A DNA stretch of 33,979 nt from Acidimicrobiia bacterium (GCA_040883295.1 JBFLKR010000195.1:1-33979), one strand, 5' to 3'; positions 24,463 to 33,694 are shown, counted from the first letter of the stretch. The notes: a model not told the origin generated them from the sequence alone. Program-made: numbers and translations.

Positions 24463-25597
24463 CGAGCCGAGGTCGGCGCCACCGGCCGAGCCGGTCGAGT
24501 CCCCCGGCGAGTCCCTCACCGAGGCAGCCGACGAATCGGTCGAACCGACTGCCGCCGACGAACCGGCCACCACCACCGCCCAGTACCAGGACCTCGCCGC
24601 CGAGGTCCGCGCCGCCGACGAGGCGGGTCCCCTGGAGCAGCACGTCTCGGTCCACGTCGCCGGTCTCGGAACCGGTGTCGCCTCCTTCTCCGACATCGCC
24701 GAGGGTTCGGGCGTCGTGTCGACGGCCGCCGGTGCACCGGACGAGACCACCGAGCGCATCCTCTCCGAACTCGAGGCCGAGGAGTCCGACCGGGCCCAAC
24801 TGCGACTGCGGATCATCACCGCGGCGGCCATCGTCGGCTCGCTCGCCATCGCGGCGTGGGCCGGCGCCGTGTGGCTCACCGCCCTCGTGGGCCTCATCGC
24901 GTTCCTCGCCATCGGCGAGTTCTTCGCCGCCAGCCGCCGGGCCGGCTACGCACCCGTCGCCATCGTCGGCCTGCTCGGCATCATCGGCGCCTTCGTCGCC
25001 GGCTACCGCAACGGTGCCTACGGGATCGCCGGGGTGCTCCTGCTGGCCATCCTCGCCACGCTCCTCCTCTACGCCGTCGCCCCTCGACGCGACCCGATGT
25101 CGAATGCGGCCGTGACGGTCCTCGGTCTTGCCTGGGTCGGCCTCCTCGCCTTCGTCGCCCCGCTCACCCGGGCCGACGGGTGGGAGCAGTTGGTCGCGTT
25201 GGTGGTCATCACCATTGCCGCGGTCGACGTCGGCGGCTACTTCGTCGGCCGGTCGCTCGGAACGACGGCGCTGGCCCCCGGCCTGAGCCCCGGCAAGACC
25301 GTGGAGGGGCTTGCCGGGGGCATCGTCCTCGGCTTCGCCGTGGCCCTCGGCCTCAGCCAACTCCCGTGGATGAGCGACGTCGTGACGATCCCCATCGGCC
25401 TCGCCGTGGCCGCCGTCGCCGGGTTGCTCGGCCCCCTCGGCGACCTCGGTGCCTCGGCCATCAAGCGCTCGTTCGGCATCAAGGACATGGGCTCGATCCT
25501 CCCCGGCCACGGTGGTGTGATCGACCGGATCGATTCGTTCCTGCTGACGCTGCCGGGCGTCATCGTCGTCTTCCTCTGGCTCGACGCCATCCCGTGA
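24335..25597 (+). CDS. cdsA: Phosphatidate cytidylyltransferase CdsA with a long acidic N-terminal extension (ORF as it stands)
   Basis: Has multiple TM segments and the C-terminal signature SAIKRSFGIKDMGSILPGHGGVIDRIDS. ATG 24335 lacks an SD, so the true start is probably GTG 24274 across a frameshift. Confidence 0.85.
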   Translation: MARTRSACPAAGAPPAGPPTGDGEDTFSLPGLGATAEALESGDEPRSAPPAEPVESPGESLTEAADESVEPTAADEPATTTAQYQDLAAEVRAADEAGPLEQHVSVHVAGLGTGVASFSDIAEGSGVVSTAAGAPDETTERILSELEAEESDRAQLRLRIITAAAIVGSLAIAAWAGAVWLTALVGLIAFLAIGEFFAASRRAGYAPVAIVGLLGIIGAFVAGYRNGAYGIAGVLLLAILATLLLYAVAPRRDPMSNAAVTVLGLAWVGLLAFVAPLTRADGWEQLVALVVITIAAVDVGGYFVGRSLGTTALAPGLSPGKTVEGLAGGIVLGFAVALGLSQLPWMSDVVTIPIGLAVAAVAGLLGPLGDLGASAIKRSFGIKDMGSILPGHGGVIDRIDSFLLTLPGVIVVFLWLDAIP

Positions 25598-26721
25598 GCG
25601 GCGTCGTCGTCCTCGGCGCCACGGGGTCGATCGGCCGCCAGGCGCTCGAGGTCACCGCCGACGAGGCCATCCCCGTGGTGGCCCTCGCCGCCCGTCGGGG
25701 CGGTGCCGAGTTCATGGCCCTCGCCGAGGCCCACCCCGATGCCGCGCTGGCCGTCGCCGAGCCCGACGATCCGGCCGACCTCACCGATCGGTTCGGCGGT
25801 CGGGTGGCTTTCGGTCCCGAGGCGGTGGTCGAGCTCGCCGCCATCCCCGGCACGACCGTCGTCAACGGCGTCGTCGGGGCCGCCGGCCTGCGGGCCTCCC
25901 TCGCCGCCGCCCGGGCCGGCAACCGGCTCGGTCTCGCCAACAAGGAGAGCCTCGTGGCGGCCGGGCCGCTCGTCACCGCCGCCGTGGCCGCCGGCGGCGG
26001 TGAGCTCTTCCCGATCGACAGCGAGCACTCGGCGATCCACCAGTGCCTGCTGGGTGAACCCCCTGAAGCCGTCCGTCGGCTCATCCTCACCGCCTCCGGC
26101 GGCCCGTTCCGCGGGCGCCGCCTCGCCGACCTCGCCGACGTGACCGCCGAGGAGGCGCTCGCCCATCCGACGTGGCGGATGGGCCCCCGCATCACCATCG
26201 ACTCCGCCACCCTCGTCAACAAGGGTCTCGAGGTCATCGAGGCCCATCACCTCTTCGGTGTCGACTTCGACCGCATCGACGTCGTCGTGCACCCCCAGTC
26301 GATCGTGCACAGCCTCGTCGAGTTCGTCGACGGATCGCTCAAGGCCCACCTCGGCGAGCCCGACATGCGGGTCCCGATCCGCTACGCCCTCACCGCCCCC
26401 AACCGGGGGGAGGCGCCGTCGGCGTTCTCGCTCCCGGGCCTCGAACTGACCTTCGAGGAGCCCGACACCGATGCCTTCCCCGCCCTCCGACTCGCCTTCG
26501 AGGCGGGCCGGGCGGGTGGGGGAGCACCGGCGGCTTTCAACGCCGCCGACGAGGTCGCCGTGGCCGCCTTCCTCGCCGGCCGGATCGCCTTCACCGACAT
26601 CCCCGGTGTCATCGCGTCGGTGCTCGACCGGCTGGGGGCGCCACCCATCCCGGACGTCGACGCCGTCGACGCCGTCGACGCCGCCGCGCGTCGCCTCGCC
26701 GACGCCGCCATCGGCCCCTGA
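25594..26721 (+). CDS. dxr: 1-deoxy-D-xylulose 5-phosphate reductoisomerase
   Basis: Contains VLGATGSIGRQAL, LANKESLV, DSEHSAI and NKGLEVIEAHHLF motifs. GTG 25594 overlaps the cdsA stop (GTGA). Confidence 0.95.
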   Translation: MSGVVVLGATGSIGRQALEVTADEAIPVVALAARRGGAEFMALAEAHPDAALAVAEPDDPADLTDRFGGRVAFGPEAVVELAAIPGTTVVNGVVGAAGLRASLAAARAGNRLGLANKESLVAAGPLVTAAVAAGGGELFPIDSEHSAIHQCLLGEPPEAVRRLILTASGGPFRGRRLADLADVTAEEALAHPTWRMGPRITIDSATLVNKGLEVIEAHHLFGVDFDRIDVVVHPQSIVHSLVEFVDGSLKAHLGEPDMRVPIRYALTAPNRGEAPSAFSLPGLELTFEEPDTDAFPALRLAFEAGRAGGGAPAAFNAADEVAVAAFLAGRIAFTDIPGVIASVLDRLGAPPIPDVDAVDAVDAAARRLADAAIGP

Positions 26722-26748
26722 ACCACGTCGCTACGCACCCGGCGTCCC

Positions 26749-26754
26749 TACCCT
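26749..26754 (+). promoter_or_regulatory. -10 hexamer TACCCT, 7 nt before the rseP ATG (leaderless candidate)
   Basis: Reads TACCCT-ttcgccc-ATG. Confidence 0.45.
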
Positions 26755-26761
26755 TTCGCCC

Positions 26762-27865
26762 ATGGCCGGCGCCATCGCCTTCGTGCTCGCCCTCATCCTC
26801 TTCGTGGTGATCCACGAGGCCGGACACTTCTTCGCGGCCAAGGCCTCCAAGATGAAGGTCACGGAGTTCTTCGTCGGCTTCGGGCCACGGCTCTGGTCCA
26901 CCACCCGCGGCGAGACCGAGTACGGCTTCAAGGCCATCCCCGCCGGGGGTTACGTGAAGATCGCCGGCATGAACCCCTTCGACGAGGTCGATCCCGCCGA
27001 CGAGGAACGGACCTATCGGGGCAAGACGATGACCCAGAAGCTGGCCGTCATCCTCGCCGGCATCGCCGCCAACTTCCTGTTGGCCTTCCTCATCCTGTGG
27101 GGACTGTTCGGCTTCTACGGCGAGCCGTCGGGCGCGCCCGTGCCCGAGGTCCAGGCCGTGGTGGACGAGTCGGCCGCCGCCGATGCGGGTCTCCAGCCCG
27201 GCGACGTCATCGTGTCCGTGGACGGGATCCCCGTCGACACCTGGGACGACGCCTCCGCCGCCATCGCCGCCCGACCGGGCGAGACGGTCGTGGTCGAGGT
27301 CCTTCGGGACGCCGAGACAATCGCCCTAACCGCCACCCTCGGCACTCGGACCACCGACGACGGGACCGAGGTCGGCTTCCTCGGCTTCCAGCCGGTCGTG
27401 GAACTCGTCACCACCGATGTCGGCGTGGTCGAGGCCGGGGGACTCGCCGCCGTGGAGGTGTGGGAGCTCACCCGGGCGTCCTATGGATTCCTCGCCGACC
27501 TCGTCACCCCGTCCACCATCGCCGAGCTCGTCGGCGGCGTCGGCGGCGGGGAGGTCACCACCGAGGCCCGCCCGGTCAGCATCGTCGGCCTCGCCCAGAT
27601 CGGCGCCCAGGCCGACGACCTGGGGATCGTCAACGTGCTCTACCTCATGGCCTCGATCAACGTGATCCTCGCCGCCCTCAACGCCCTGCCGATCCTGCCC
27701 CTCGACGGCGGGCACGCCGCCATCGCCGTCTACGAGCGCGTGAGCGGACGCAAGGCGAACCTCCAGGCCCTCGCCCCCGTCGCGGTGGCCGTCGTCGTAC
27801 TGTTCGTCCTCATCGGGGTGCTGTCCATCCTCCTCGACCTCACCAACCCCATCGACCTCCCATGA
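26762..27865 (+). CDS. rseP: Site-2 (M50) zinc metalloprotease with PDZ domain (RseP/Rip1 type)
   Basis: Contains HEAGHFFAAK and NALPILPLDGGH motifs with a PDZ-like segment between them. Confidence 0.9.
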   Translation: MAGAIAFVLALILFVVIHEAGHFFAAKASKMKVTEFFVGFGPRLWSTTRGETEYGFKAIPAGGYVKIAGMNPFDEVDPADEERTYRGKTMTQKLAVILAGIAANFLLAFLILWGLFGFYGEPSGAPVPEVQAVVDESAAADAGLQPGDVIVSVDGIPVDTWDDASAAIAARPGETVVVEVLRDAETIALTATLGTRTTDDGTEVGFLGFQPVVELVTTDVGVVEAGGLAAVEVWELTRASYGFLADLVTPSTIAELVGGVGGGEVTTEARPVSIVGLAQIGAQADDLGIVNVLYLMASINVILAALNALPILPLDGGHAAIAVYERVSGRKANLQALAPVAVAVVVLFVLIGVLSILLDLTNPIDLP

Positions 27866-29070
27866 TCGAACGACGCCTCACCCGCCAGATCCACGTCGGC
27901 GACGTCCCCGTCGGCGGCGGCGCCCCCGTCTCGGTGCAGTCCATGACCACCACGAAGACGGCCGACGTCGACGGCACCCTCGCCCAGGTCTACGCCCTCA
28001 AGGCCAACGGCGCCGACATCGTCCGCATCACCTGCAACGACGCCGATGCCGCCGCCGGGCTCGCCGAGATCGTGCCCCGCTCGCCGGTGCCGATCGTCGC
28101 CGACATCCACTTCAACCACCGGATGGCACTCGCCTCCCTCGAGGCCGGCGTGCAGGCCCTGCGTCTCAACCCCGGCAACATCCGGGACCCCCGCAAGATC
28201 AAGGACGTCGCCCTCGCCGCCAAGGAGCGGGGTGTGCCCATCCGCATCGGCGTGAACGGTGGCTCGCTCGACAAGGACCTCCTCGCCAAGCACGGGTCGG
28301 CGACGCCCGAAGCGCTCGTCGAGTCGGCGCTCATCGAACTCCGTTACTTCGCCGACGTCGACTTCGACGACGTGAAGATCTCGGTCAAGCACAGCCACGT
28401 CCCCACGATGGTCGAGTCCTACCGGCTCCTGGCCGACACCGTCGACCACCCCCTGCACCTCGGGGTGACCGAGGCGGGGCCCCCACCCGGCGGGCTCATC
28501 AAGTCGGTGGCCGGCATCTCGACCCTGCTTCTCGAGGGGATCGGCGACACCATCCGCTTCTCCCTCACCGCCGACCCGGTCGAGGAGGCGAAGGCCGGCC
28601 GGGCCTTGCTCGAGTACCTCGGGCTCCGGGAGCGCGCCGGGCTCGACCTGATCGCCTGCCCGTCGTGTGGGCGGGCCGAGGTGGACGTCATCGAGGTCGC
28701 CAACGCGGCCCAGACCGCGCTCGAGGCCGCGAACCTGCCCATCCAGGTGGCGGTCATGGGCTGTGTCGTCAACGGTCCGGGGGAGGCTCGCGAGGCCGAC
28801 ATCGGGATCGCCGCCGGGCGTGGCAAGGGACACCTGTTCATCAAGGGCCAGGTCGTCCGGGTCGTGCCGGAGGCGGAGATGGTCGACGCCCTGTTGGACG
28901 AGGCCCGCAAGCTCGTCGAGGAGGGCGTGGATGCCCGACTGGCCGCCGCCGAGGACAATGCCGAGGAGATCGCCGCGGCGGCGCGCGAGCAACTCATCGA
29001 GATCCAGGGCGACGCCAACCGCTCCGCCGAACGGCGGGCCAGGGTGACGGAGATCGCGGAGGGCGGCTGA
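27862..29070 (+). CDS. ispG: 4-hydroxy-3-methylbut-2-en-1-yl diphosphate synthase IspG
   Basis: Contains VSVQSMTTT, RLNPGN and ACPSCGR...MGCVVNGPGE motifs. ATG 27862 overlaps the rseP stop (ATGA). Confidence 0.95.
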   Translation: MIERRLTRQIHVGDVPVGGGAPVSVQSMTTTKTADVDGTLAQVYALKANGADIVRITCNDADAAAGLAEIVPRSPVPIVADIHFNHRMALASLEAGVQALRLNPGNIRDPRKIKDVALAAKERGVPIRIGVNGGSLDKDLLAKHGSATPEALVESALIELRYFADVDFDDVKISVKHSHVPTMVESYRLLADTVDHPLHLGVTEAGPPPGGLIKSVAGISTLLLEGIGDTIRFSLTADPVEEAKAGRALLEYLGLRERAGLDLIACPSCGRAEVDVIEVANAAQTALEAANLPIQVAVMGCVVNGPGEAREADIGIAAGRGKGHLFIKGQVVRVVPEAEMVDALLDEARKLVEEGVDARLAAAEDNAEEIAAAAREQLIEIQGDANRSAERRARVTEIAEGG

Positions 29071-29086
29071 CCGGCCTCTCGGCCGG
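29071..29086 (+). terminator. Short GC hairpin directly after the ispG stop
   Basis: CCGGCC-TCTC-GGCCGG. There is no U-tract, so this is a weak call. Confidence 0.25.
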
Positions 29087-29168
29087 CGCTACTCCAGTAC
29101 GTCGGCACCTCGGTACCTCAGACGGACCGCGCGGTGGCCAGCCGGTGTCGGGTCTCTTCGGCCCCCCA

Positions 29169-29861
29169 TCACACGAGGTCGATGCGCGTGCCGCACACCA
29201 CGAGGGACTCGCCCGCCCGGGTCCGGTCGGCGGCGACGAGCGACATGCCCGAGAGCGCGTCGCCCCGGGCGTCGGCGGGAACGAAGGAGATGGTCGCGTC
29301 ATCGAGGGCGATGGACCGGCCGTGGGCCGGGCGACCGGCCACGACCGACCACCGCTCCGCCACGAAGTCGGGGTCGGCGGCGGCCACCTCGGCGCCGACG
29401 AGGTCCGTGACGACCTCGCCGCGAGCGTGGTACCGCCAGTCGTCGCCGGCCCAACCCCACGAGTCCGGGGGTTGGGCCCGATCCACCGACAGGAGCGCCC
29501 CGCCGACGTCCTTGGGGTGGAGGTGGAGGCCGGTGACGCCCGGCCCTTCGGCCACGGTCACGATCCGGATGCCGGCGCCCTCGACGCGGCTCCTGGCGGC
29601 GGCGAGGTCCTCGGTCTGGAGGATGACCATGTAGCCGGCGTCGCCGCCGCGGCGTTCGAGGTACCGGCCGGCGGTGGTGTCGCCGGTGCGGGGCGAGACG
29701 ATCTCGAGGAGTCGGTCGCCGACGGGATAGAGGCCGTGGCGGAGCCCGAACTGGCCGATCGCCGGGTCCCGGAACGCCACCTCGAGGCCGAGGGCGTCCA
29801 GCAACGCCGTCTCCGCGGGGCGCAGATCGGCGGCGACGAGGCAGATCTGTCGGAGTCGCAT
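29169..29861 (-). CDS. VOC (glyoxalase/bleomycin-resistance/dioxygenase fold) family protein
   Basis: The C-terminal 230 aa of ORF 29169..32024 read MRLRQICLVAADL...LYPVGDRLLEIVSP...GYMVILQTEDL, which looks VOC-like. The upstream part of the ORF is antisense to proS. Confidence 0.7.
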   Translation of the reverse strand: MRLRQICLVAADLRPAETALLDALGLEVAFRDPAIGQFGLRHGLYPVGDRLLEIVSPRTGDTTAGRYLERRGGDAGYMVILQTEDLAAARSRVEGAGIRIVTVAEGPGVTGLHLHPKDVGGALLSVDRAQPPDSWGWAGDDWRYHARGEVVTDLVGAEVAAADPDFVAERWSVVAGRPAHGRSIALDDATISFVPADARGDALSGMSLVAADRTRAGESLVVCGTRIDLV

Positions 29862-29993
29862 GCCGCGAGTGAAGCACGTCAACAGGCCCCGATGCCCGTT
29901 CTTGTCGGGCTGGGCCGTCATGAGCATGGCTGCGGCCGACAGGAACGGTTGGGGGGTGGTGCATCGGCGCGGGGGCCAGTCCGGGGGAGGCGG

Positions 29994-29999
29994 TACCCT
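29994..29999 (+). promoter_or_regulatory. -10 hexamer TACCCT, 9 nt before the proS ATG (leaderless candidate)
   Basis: Reads TACCCT-ccggccccc-ATG. Confidence 0.45.
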
Positions 30000-30008
30000 C
30001 CGGCCCCC

Positions 30009-31718
30009 ATGCGTTGGTCCCAGGCGTTCATCCCCACCCTCCGAGACGACCCTGCCGAGGCGGAGGCGGCCTCCCACCGGCTGCTCGTCCGGGCCGGGTA
30101 CATCCGCCAGCTCGCTGCGGGGCACTACACCCTGCTCGGGCCGGCGGTCCGGGTCCGCCGCAAGCTCATCCGGATCATCCGCGAGGAGATGGACGCCATC
30201 GGGGGCCAGGAGTTTCTCCTGCCGGCCATGCACCCAGCCGAGGTGTGGCAGGCGTCCGGGCGCTGGTCGTCGGTCGGCGACGAGCTGTTCCGCTTCACCG
30301 ACCGCAGGGGCGCCGACACGGCGTTGGCGATGACGCACGAGGAGGTGTTCGCCTCGGTCGCCCGGGAGCTGTCGTCGTACCGTCAGCTGCCCCAGGTCTG
30401 GTACCAGTTCCAGACGAAGTTCCGGGACGAGCCCCGCCCCAAGGCCGGGTTGTTGCGAGTCCGCGAGTTCACCATGAAGGACTCGTATTCCTTCGACCTC
30501 GACGAGGCGGGTCTCGACGTCGCTTTCGAGGCCCACCGACGGGCCTATCGCCGGATCTTCGGTCGACTCGGCTTCGACCTGTTGGAGGTCGACGCCTCGG
30601 TGGGGATGATGGGGGGCTCGGGCTCGGTCGAGTTCATGGTCCGCTCCGAGTCCGGAGAGGACCTCGTGGCGGTTTGCGCCTCGTGTGGCTACGCCGCCAA
30701 CCTCGAGACGGCCCGCTCGACGATCCCTGCCACCGACGACCCCGCCGGCGATGCCACGGTCGAGCGGTTCCCCACCCCCGGGGTGCGGACCATCGCCGAC
30801 CTCGTCGCGTTCGAGGGCGGTGCGCCCGCCGACCGCCAGGTCAAGACGTTGGTCTACCTCGTCGGGAACGAGCCCGTCATGGTGCTCCTGCGCGGCGACC
30901 ACGACCTCCAGGAACAGAAGCTCGCCGACGCCCTCGGCGCCGCCGACCTCCGTCCGGCCCACGACGAGGAGATCGTCGAGTTGCTCGGCGCCCACCCCGG
31001 CAGCCTCGGCGCCGTCGGCGTCACGCACGTGCGGGTGGTCGCCGACCGCGAGCTCCGCGGTCGCCGCCACATGACGACCGGCGCCAACCTCGACGACCAC
31101 CACGTGCGAGGTGTCGACGTCGAGCGGGACATCGAGGTCTCGTCCTGGCTCGACCTCCGCGAGGTCCGGGCCGGCGAGCCATGCCCCGAGTGCGGCGAAC
31201 CGCTGTCGATCGACCGCACCATCGAGATCGGTCACATCTTCAAACTCGGTCGGACGTACACCGAGGCCTTCGACGTCGCGGTCCTGGGTCCCGACGGCGG
31301 CGAAATCGTGCCGATCATGGGCTCGTACGGGATCGGCGTCGAGCGCAACCTGGCCGCCGCCGTCGAGGTCCATCACGACGAGGCCGGCATCGTGTGGCCG
31401 ATGAACCTGGCGCCGTGGGAGGTGGTGGTCACCATCGTCCGCCCCGACGACGAGGCCACGGCCGCGGCGGCCGCAGAGGTGGTCGACGGGCTCGCCGCCG
31501 CCGGTATCGAGGTCATCTCCGACGACCGAGACGAGCGCCCCGGTGTGAAGTTCGCCGACGCCGAGCTCGTCGGCATCCCCGTCCGGGTGACCGTGGGCCC
31601 TCGGGGCGTCGCCGGAGGTCAGGCCGAGGTCACCGTTCGTGCCACGGGCGAGCGCACCGACGTGCCCCTCGCCGACGTGGTCGAGGAGGTTGCCGCCCGG
31701 GTCCGGGCCGCCCGCTGA
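30009..31718 (+). CDS. proS: Proline--tRNA ligase (bacterial type with an insertion/editing domain)
   Basis: Begins MRWSQAFIPTLRDDPAEAE..SHRLLVRAGYIRQ. Contains FRDEPRPKAGLLRVREFTMKD and GSYGIGVER motifs. Confidence 0.95.
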   Translation: MRWSQAFIPTLRDDPAEAEAASHRLLVRAGYIRQLAAGHYTLLGPAVRVRRKLIRIIREEMDAIGGQEFLLPAMHPAEVWQASGRWSSVGDELFRFTDRRGADTALAMTHEEVFASVARELSSYRQLPQVWYQFQTKFRDEPRPKAGLLRVREFTMKDSYSFDLDEAGLDVAFEAHRRAYRRIFGRLGFDLLEVDASVGMMGGSGSVEFMVRSESGEDLVAVCASCGYAANLETARSTIPATDDPAGDATVERFPTPGVRTIADLVAFEGGAPADRQVKTLVYLVGNEPVMVLLRGDHDLQEQKLADALGAADLRPAHDEEIVELLGAHPGSLGAVGVTHVRVVADRELRGRRHMTTGANLDDHHVRGVDVERDIEVSSWLDLREVRAGEPCPECGEPLSIDRTIEIGHIFKLGRTYTEAFDVAVLGPDGGEIVPIMGSYGIGVERNLAAAVEVHHDEAGIVWPMNLAPWEVVVTIVRPDDEATAAAAAEVVDGLAAAGIEVISDDRDERPGVKFADAELVGIPVRVTVGPRGVAGGQAEVTVRATGERTDVPLADVVEEVAARVRAAR

Positions 31719-31777
31719 GCCCCCCGGGGGAGGGTGTCGGCAGAGCCGCCCGAGGGGTGGTTGGTCGGGTCGTCTGC

Positions 31778-31783
31778 TACCGT
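31778..31783 (+). promoter_or_regulatory. Possible -10 hexamer TACCGT for rimP-nusA-infB
   Basis: This is the only TANNNT in the proS-rimP spacer upstream of the hairpin. There is no convincing -35. Confidence 0.25.
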
Positions 31784-31811
31784 GTCGGGCACAAACCAGG
31801 ACGCTTGGACG

Positions 31812-31835
31812 AAGGCGCCCGCTGCGGCGCCTTTT
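31812..31835 (+). terminator. Hairpin AAGGCGCC-CGCTGC-GGCGCCTT followed by TT (proS terminator and/or rimP-nusA leader attenuator)
   Basis: Perfect 8-bp stem with a 6-nt loop and four consecutive T at 31832-31835. It lies 13 nt upstream of the rimP ATG. Confidence 0.45.
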
Positions 31836-31848
31836 CCGTGAGTGGAGC

Positions 31849-32337
31849 ATGGCCGAGGTAGCAGACGAGATTTGGCAATCGATCGAGCGGTACGTGGGCG
31901 CCGAGGGCCTCGAGTTGGATGACCTCGAGGTCGCCGGGGGCCGCGGAGCGCCGTCGCTGCGAGTGGTCGTGGATGCCCCCGATGGGGTCGACGTCGACCA
32001 TCTCGCCGATCTCTCGCGTGGCATCGACCGGCTCCTCGAAGGGACCGCCTACGACACCTCCCGCTACGGACTCGAGGTCTCCTCGCCGGGGCTGGAGCGC
32101 AAGCTGCGAAGGCCGTCCCATTGGGCCAAGGCAGTGGGTCGTCGGGTCGTCGTGAAGACCCGCTCGGAGATCGACGGGAGCCGTCGCCACGAGGGCGAGC
32201 TCCTCTCGGCCGACGACACCGCGGCCCAGGTGGTGATCGGGGAGGACACCCGAGCCATCCCCTACGACGACGTGACGTCGGCACGGACCGTGTTCGTCTG
32301 GGAGAAGAGCCCGAAACCGGGCGCCAAGAAGGAGTGA
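31849..32337 (+). CDS. rimP: Ribosome maturation factor RimP
   Basis: Contains LEVSSPGLERKLR in the conserved position before nusA. Confidence 0.9.
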   Translation: MAEVADEIWQSIERYVGAEGLELDDLEVAGGRGAPSLRVVVDAPDGVDVDHLADLSRGIDRLLEGTAYDTSRYGLEVSSPGLERKLRRPSHWAKAVGRRVVVKTRSEIDGSRRHEGELLSADDTAAQVVIGEDTRAIPYDDVTSARTVFVWEKSPKPGAKKE

Positions 32338-32341
32338 CACG

Positions 32342-33694
32342 ATGAAGATCGGCATCACCGAGGACATGATCGAGGAGGTCGCCGCGATGCGCGGGCTCGA
32401 CCCCGCCTCGGTCAGTGGCGCGGTCGCCCGCGCCCTCGTGGCGGCGTACAAGCGCCGCCCGGGTGCCCCCGAGGAGGCTCGCGTGATGCTCGACCTCGTC
32501 TCCGGTGACCTGCGCATCTTCGGCCAGGAGCTCGATGAGGACGGCAACGTCATCGAGGAGTGGGAGGACACCGACATCTCGCCCGAGGAGTTCGGTCGGA
32601 TCGCCGCCCAGACGTTCAAGCAGGTCATCAACCAGGGCATCCGGGAGGCCGTGCGCGACCAGGTGTTCGAGCTGTACGAGGGCCGGGAGGGCGACCTCGT
32701 GACCGGCATCGTGCAGCAGGTCGACGGCCGCCGCACGATCCTCGACCTCGGCGACGCCGAGGCCGTCATGCCCGGCTCCGAGCGCATCCCCTTCGAGCGC
32801 CTCGACCGCGGCAACCGCATCAAGGCTCTCATTCTCGAGGTCCGGAGCGAGGGCAAGGGCCCCCAGATCGTCGTCTCCCGCAGCCACCCCGACTTCGTGC
32901 GCCGGCTCCTCGAACTCGAGGTGCCCGAGCTCGAGGACGGCACGATCGAGATCAAGGCCATCGCCCGCGAGCCCGGCCACCGCACCAAGCTGGCCGTGGC
33001 CTCCAACGATCCCAGCGTCGATGCCAAGGGCGCCTGTGTCGGGGCCCGTGGTTCCCGGGTCCGTCAGATCGTGAACGAACTGCGCGGTGAGAAGGTCGAC
33101 GTGGTCCAGTGGAACGAGGATCCGACGCGACTCATCGCCGAGGCGCTCGGGCCCGCCAAGGTCATCGAGGTCCGCATCGACGAGGAGGAGGAGCAGGCGA
33201 CGGTGATCGTCTCCGAGCACCAGTTGAGCCTCGCGATCGGCAAGGAGGGCCAGAACGCCCGCCTCGCCGCCCGCCTCTCCGGCTACCGCGTCGACATCCG
33301 CTCCGACGTCGAGGATCGCGCCCCGATCGCCCCCGAGCCTGTCGAGCAGGCGGTGGGAGAGGTGCTCGAGGCCGGCACGGGCCCTGCCGGTGACGAGGAG
33401 GTGCCGGGCTCGCCTGCCGCCGTCGCCGCCGCTGCCGTCGGCGAGGCCGCTCCCGAGCCGGCCGAGGGCGATGAGCCGCCAACGGAGATTCCCGCCGAGC
33501 CCGCCCCGGCCCCGGTCGTCGAGTCCACCGAGACGATCGACCCGAGCCCGCTCGATGCGGGCTCCGGGCAGGCCCCCGAGCCGGCCTCCGAGGCCGCCGA
33601 CGACACCGGTGAACCGACGTCAACCCCAGAAGACCTGTCGGCCCCGCTCGACGACGCCTCCGAGGCGGACGTCGCGGAGGACGACGACGAATGA
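32342..33694 (+). CDS. nusA: Transcription termination/antitermination factor NusA with an acidic C-terminal tail of about 110 aa
   Basis: Has S1 and KH domains (GDLVTGIVQQ, LSLAIGKEGQNARLAARLSGYRVDI). AAGGAG lies 7 nt upstream of the start. Confidence 0.95.
   Translation: MKIGITEDMIEEVAAMRGLDPASVSGAVARALVAAYKRRPGAPEEARVMLDLVSGDLRIFGQELDEDGNVIEEWEDTDISPEEFGRIAAQTFKQVINQGIREAVRDQVFELYEGREGDLVTGIVQQVDGRRTILDLGDAEAVMPGSERIPFERLDRGNRIKALILEVRSEGKGPQIVVSRSHPDFVRRLLELEVPELEDGTIEIKAIAREPGHRTKLAVASNDPSVDAKGACVGARGSRVRQIVNELRGEKVDVVQWNEDPTRLIAEALGPAKVIEVRIDEEEEQATVIVSEHQLSLAIGKEGQNARLAARLSGYRVDIRSDVEDRAPIAPEPVEQAVGEVLEAGTGPAGDEEVPGSPAAVAAAAVGEAAPEPAEGDEPPTEIPAEPAPAPVVESTETIDPSPLDAGSGQAPEPASEAADDTGEPTSTPEDLSAPLDDASEADVAEDDDE

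Noticed and set aside
29862-30008. A T-box or other riboswitch upstream of proS, and a riboswitch in the rpsB or rplS leaders.
   Set aside because: The proS start is 9 nt from a -10 hexamer, which leaves no leader. The rpsB and rplS leaders contain only short generic GC hairpins, and I cannot match them to a known RNA family by eye.
29862-32024. The upstream 720 codons of the 951-aa minus-strand ORF, and the upstream 448 codons of the plus ORF 28665..31718.
   Set aside because: They are antisense to proS and out of frame with ispG, respectively. Only the VOC-like C-terminal part and the proS part show family motifs.
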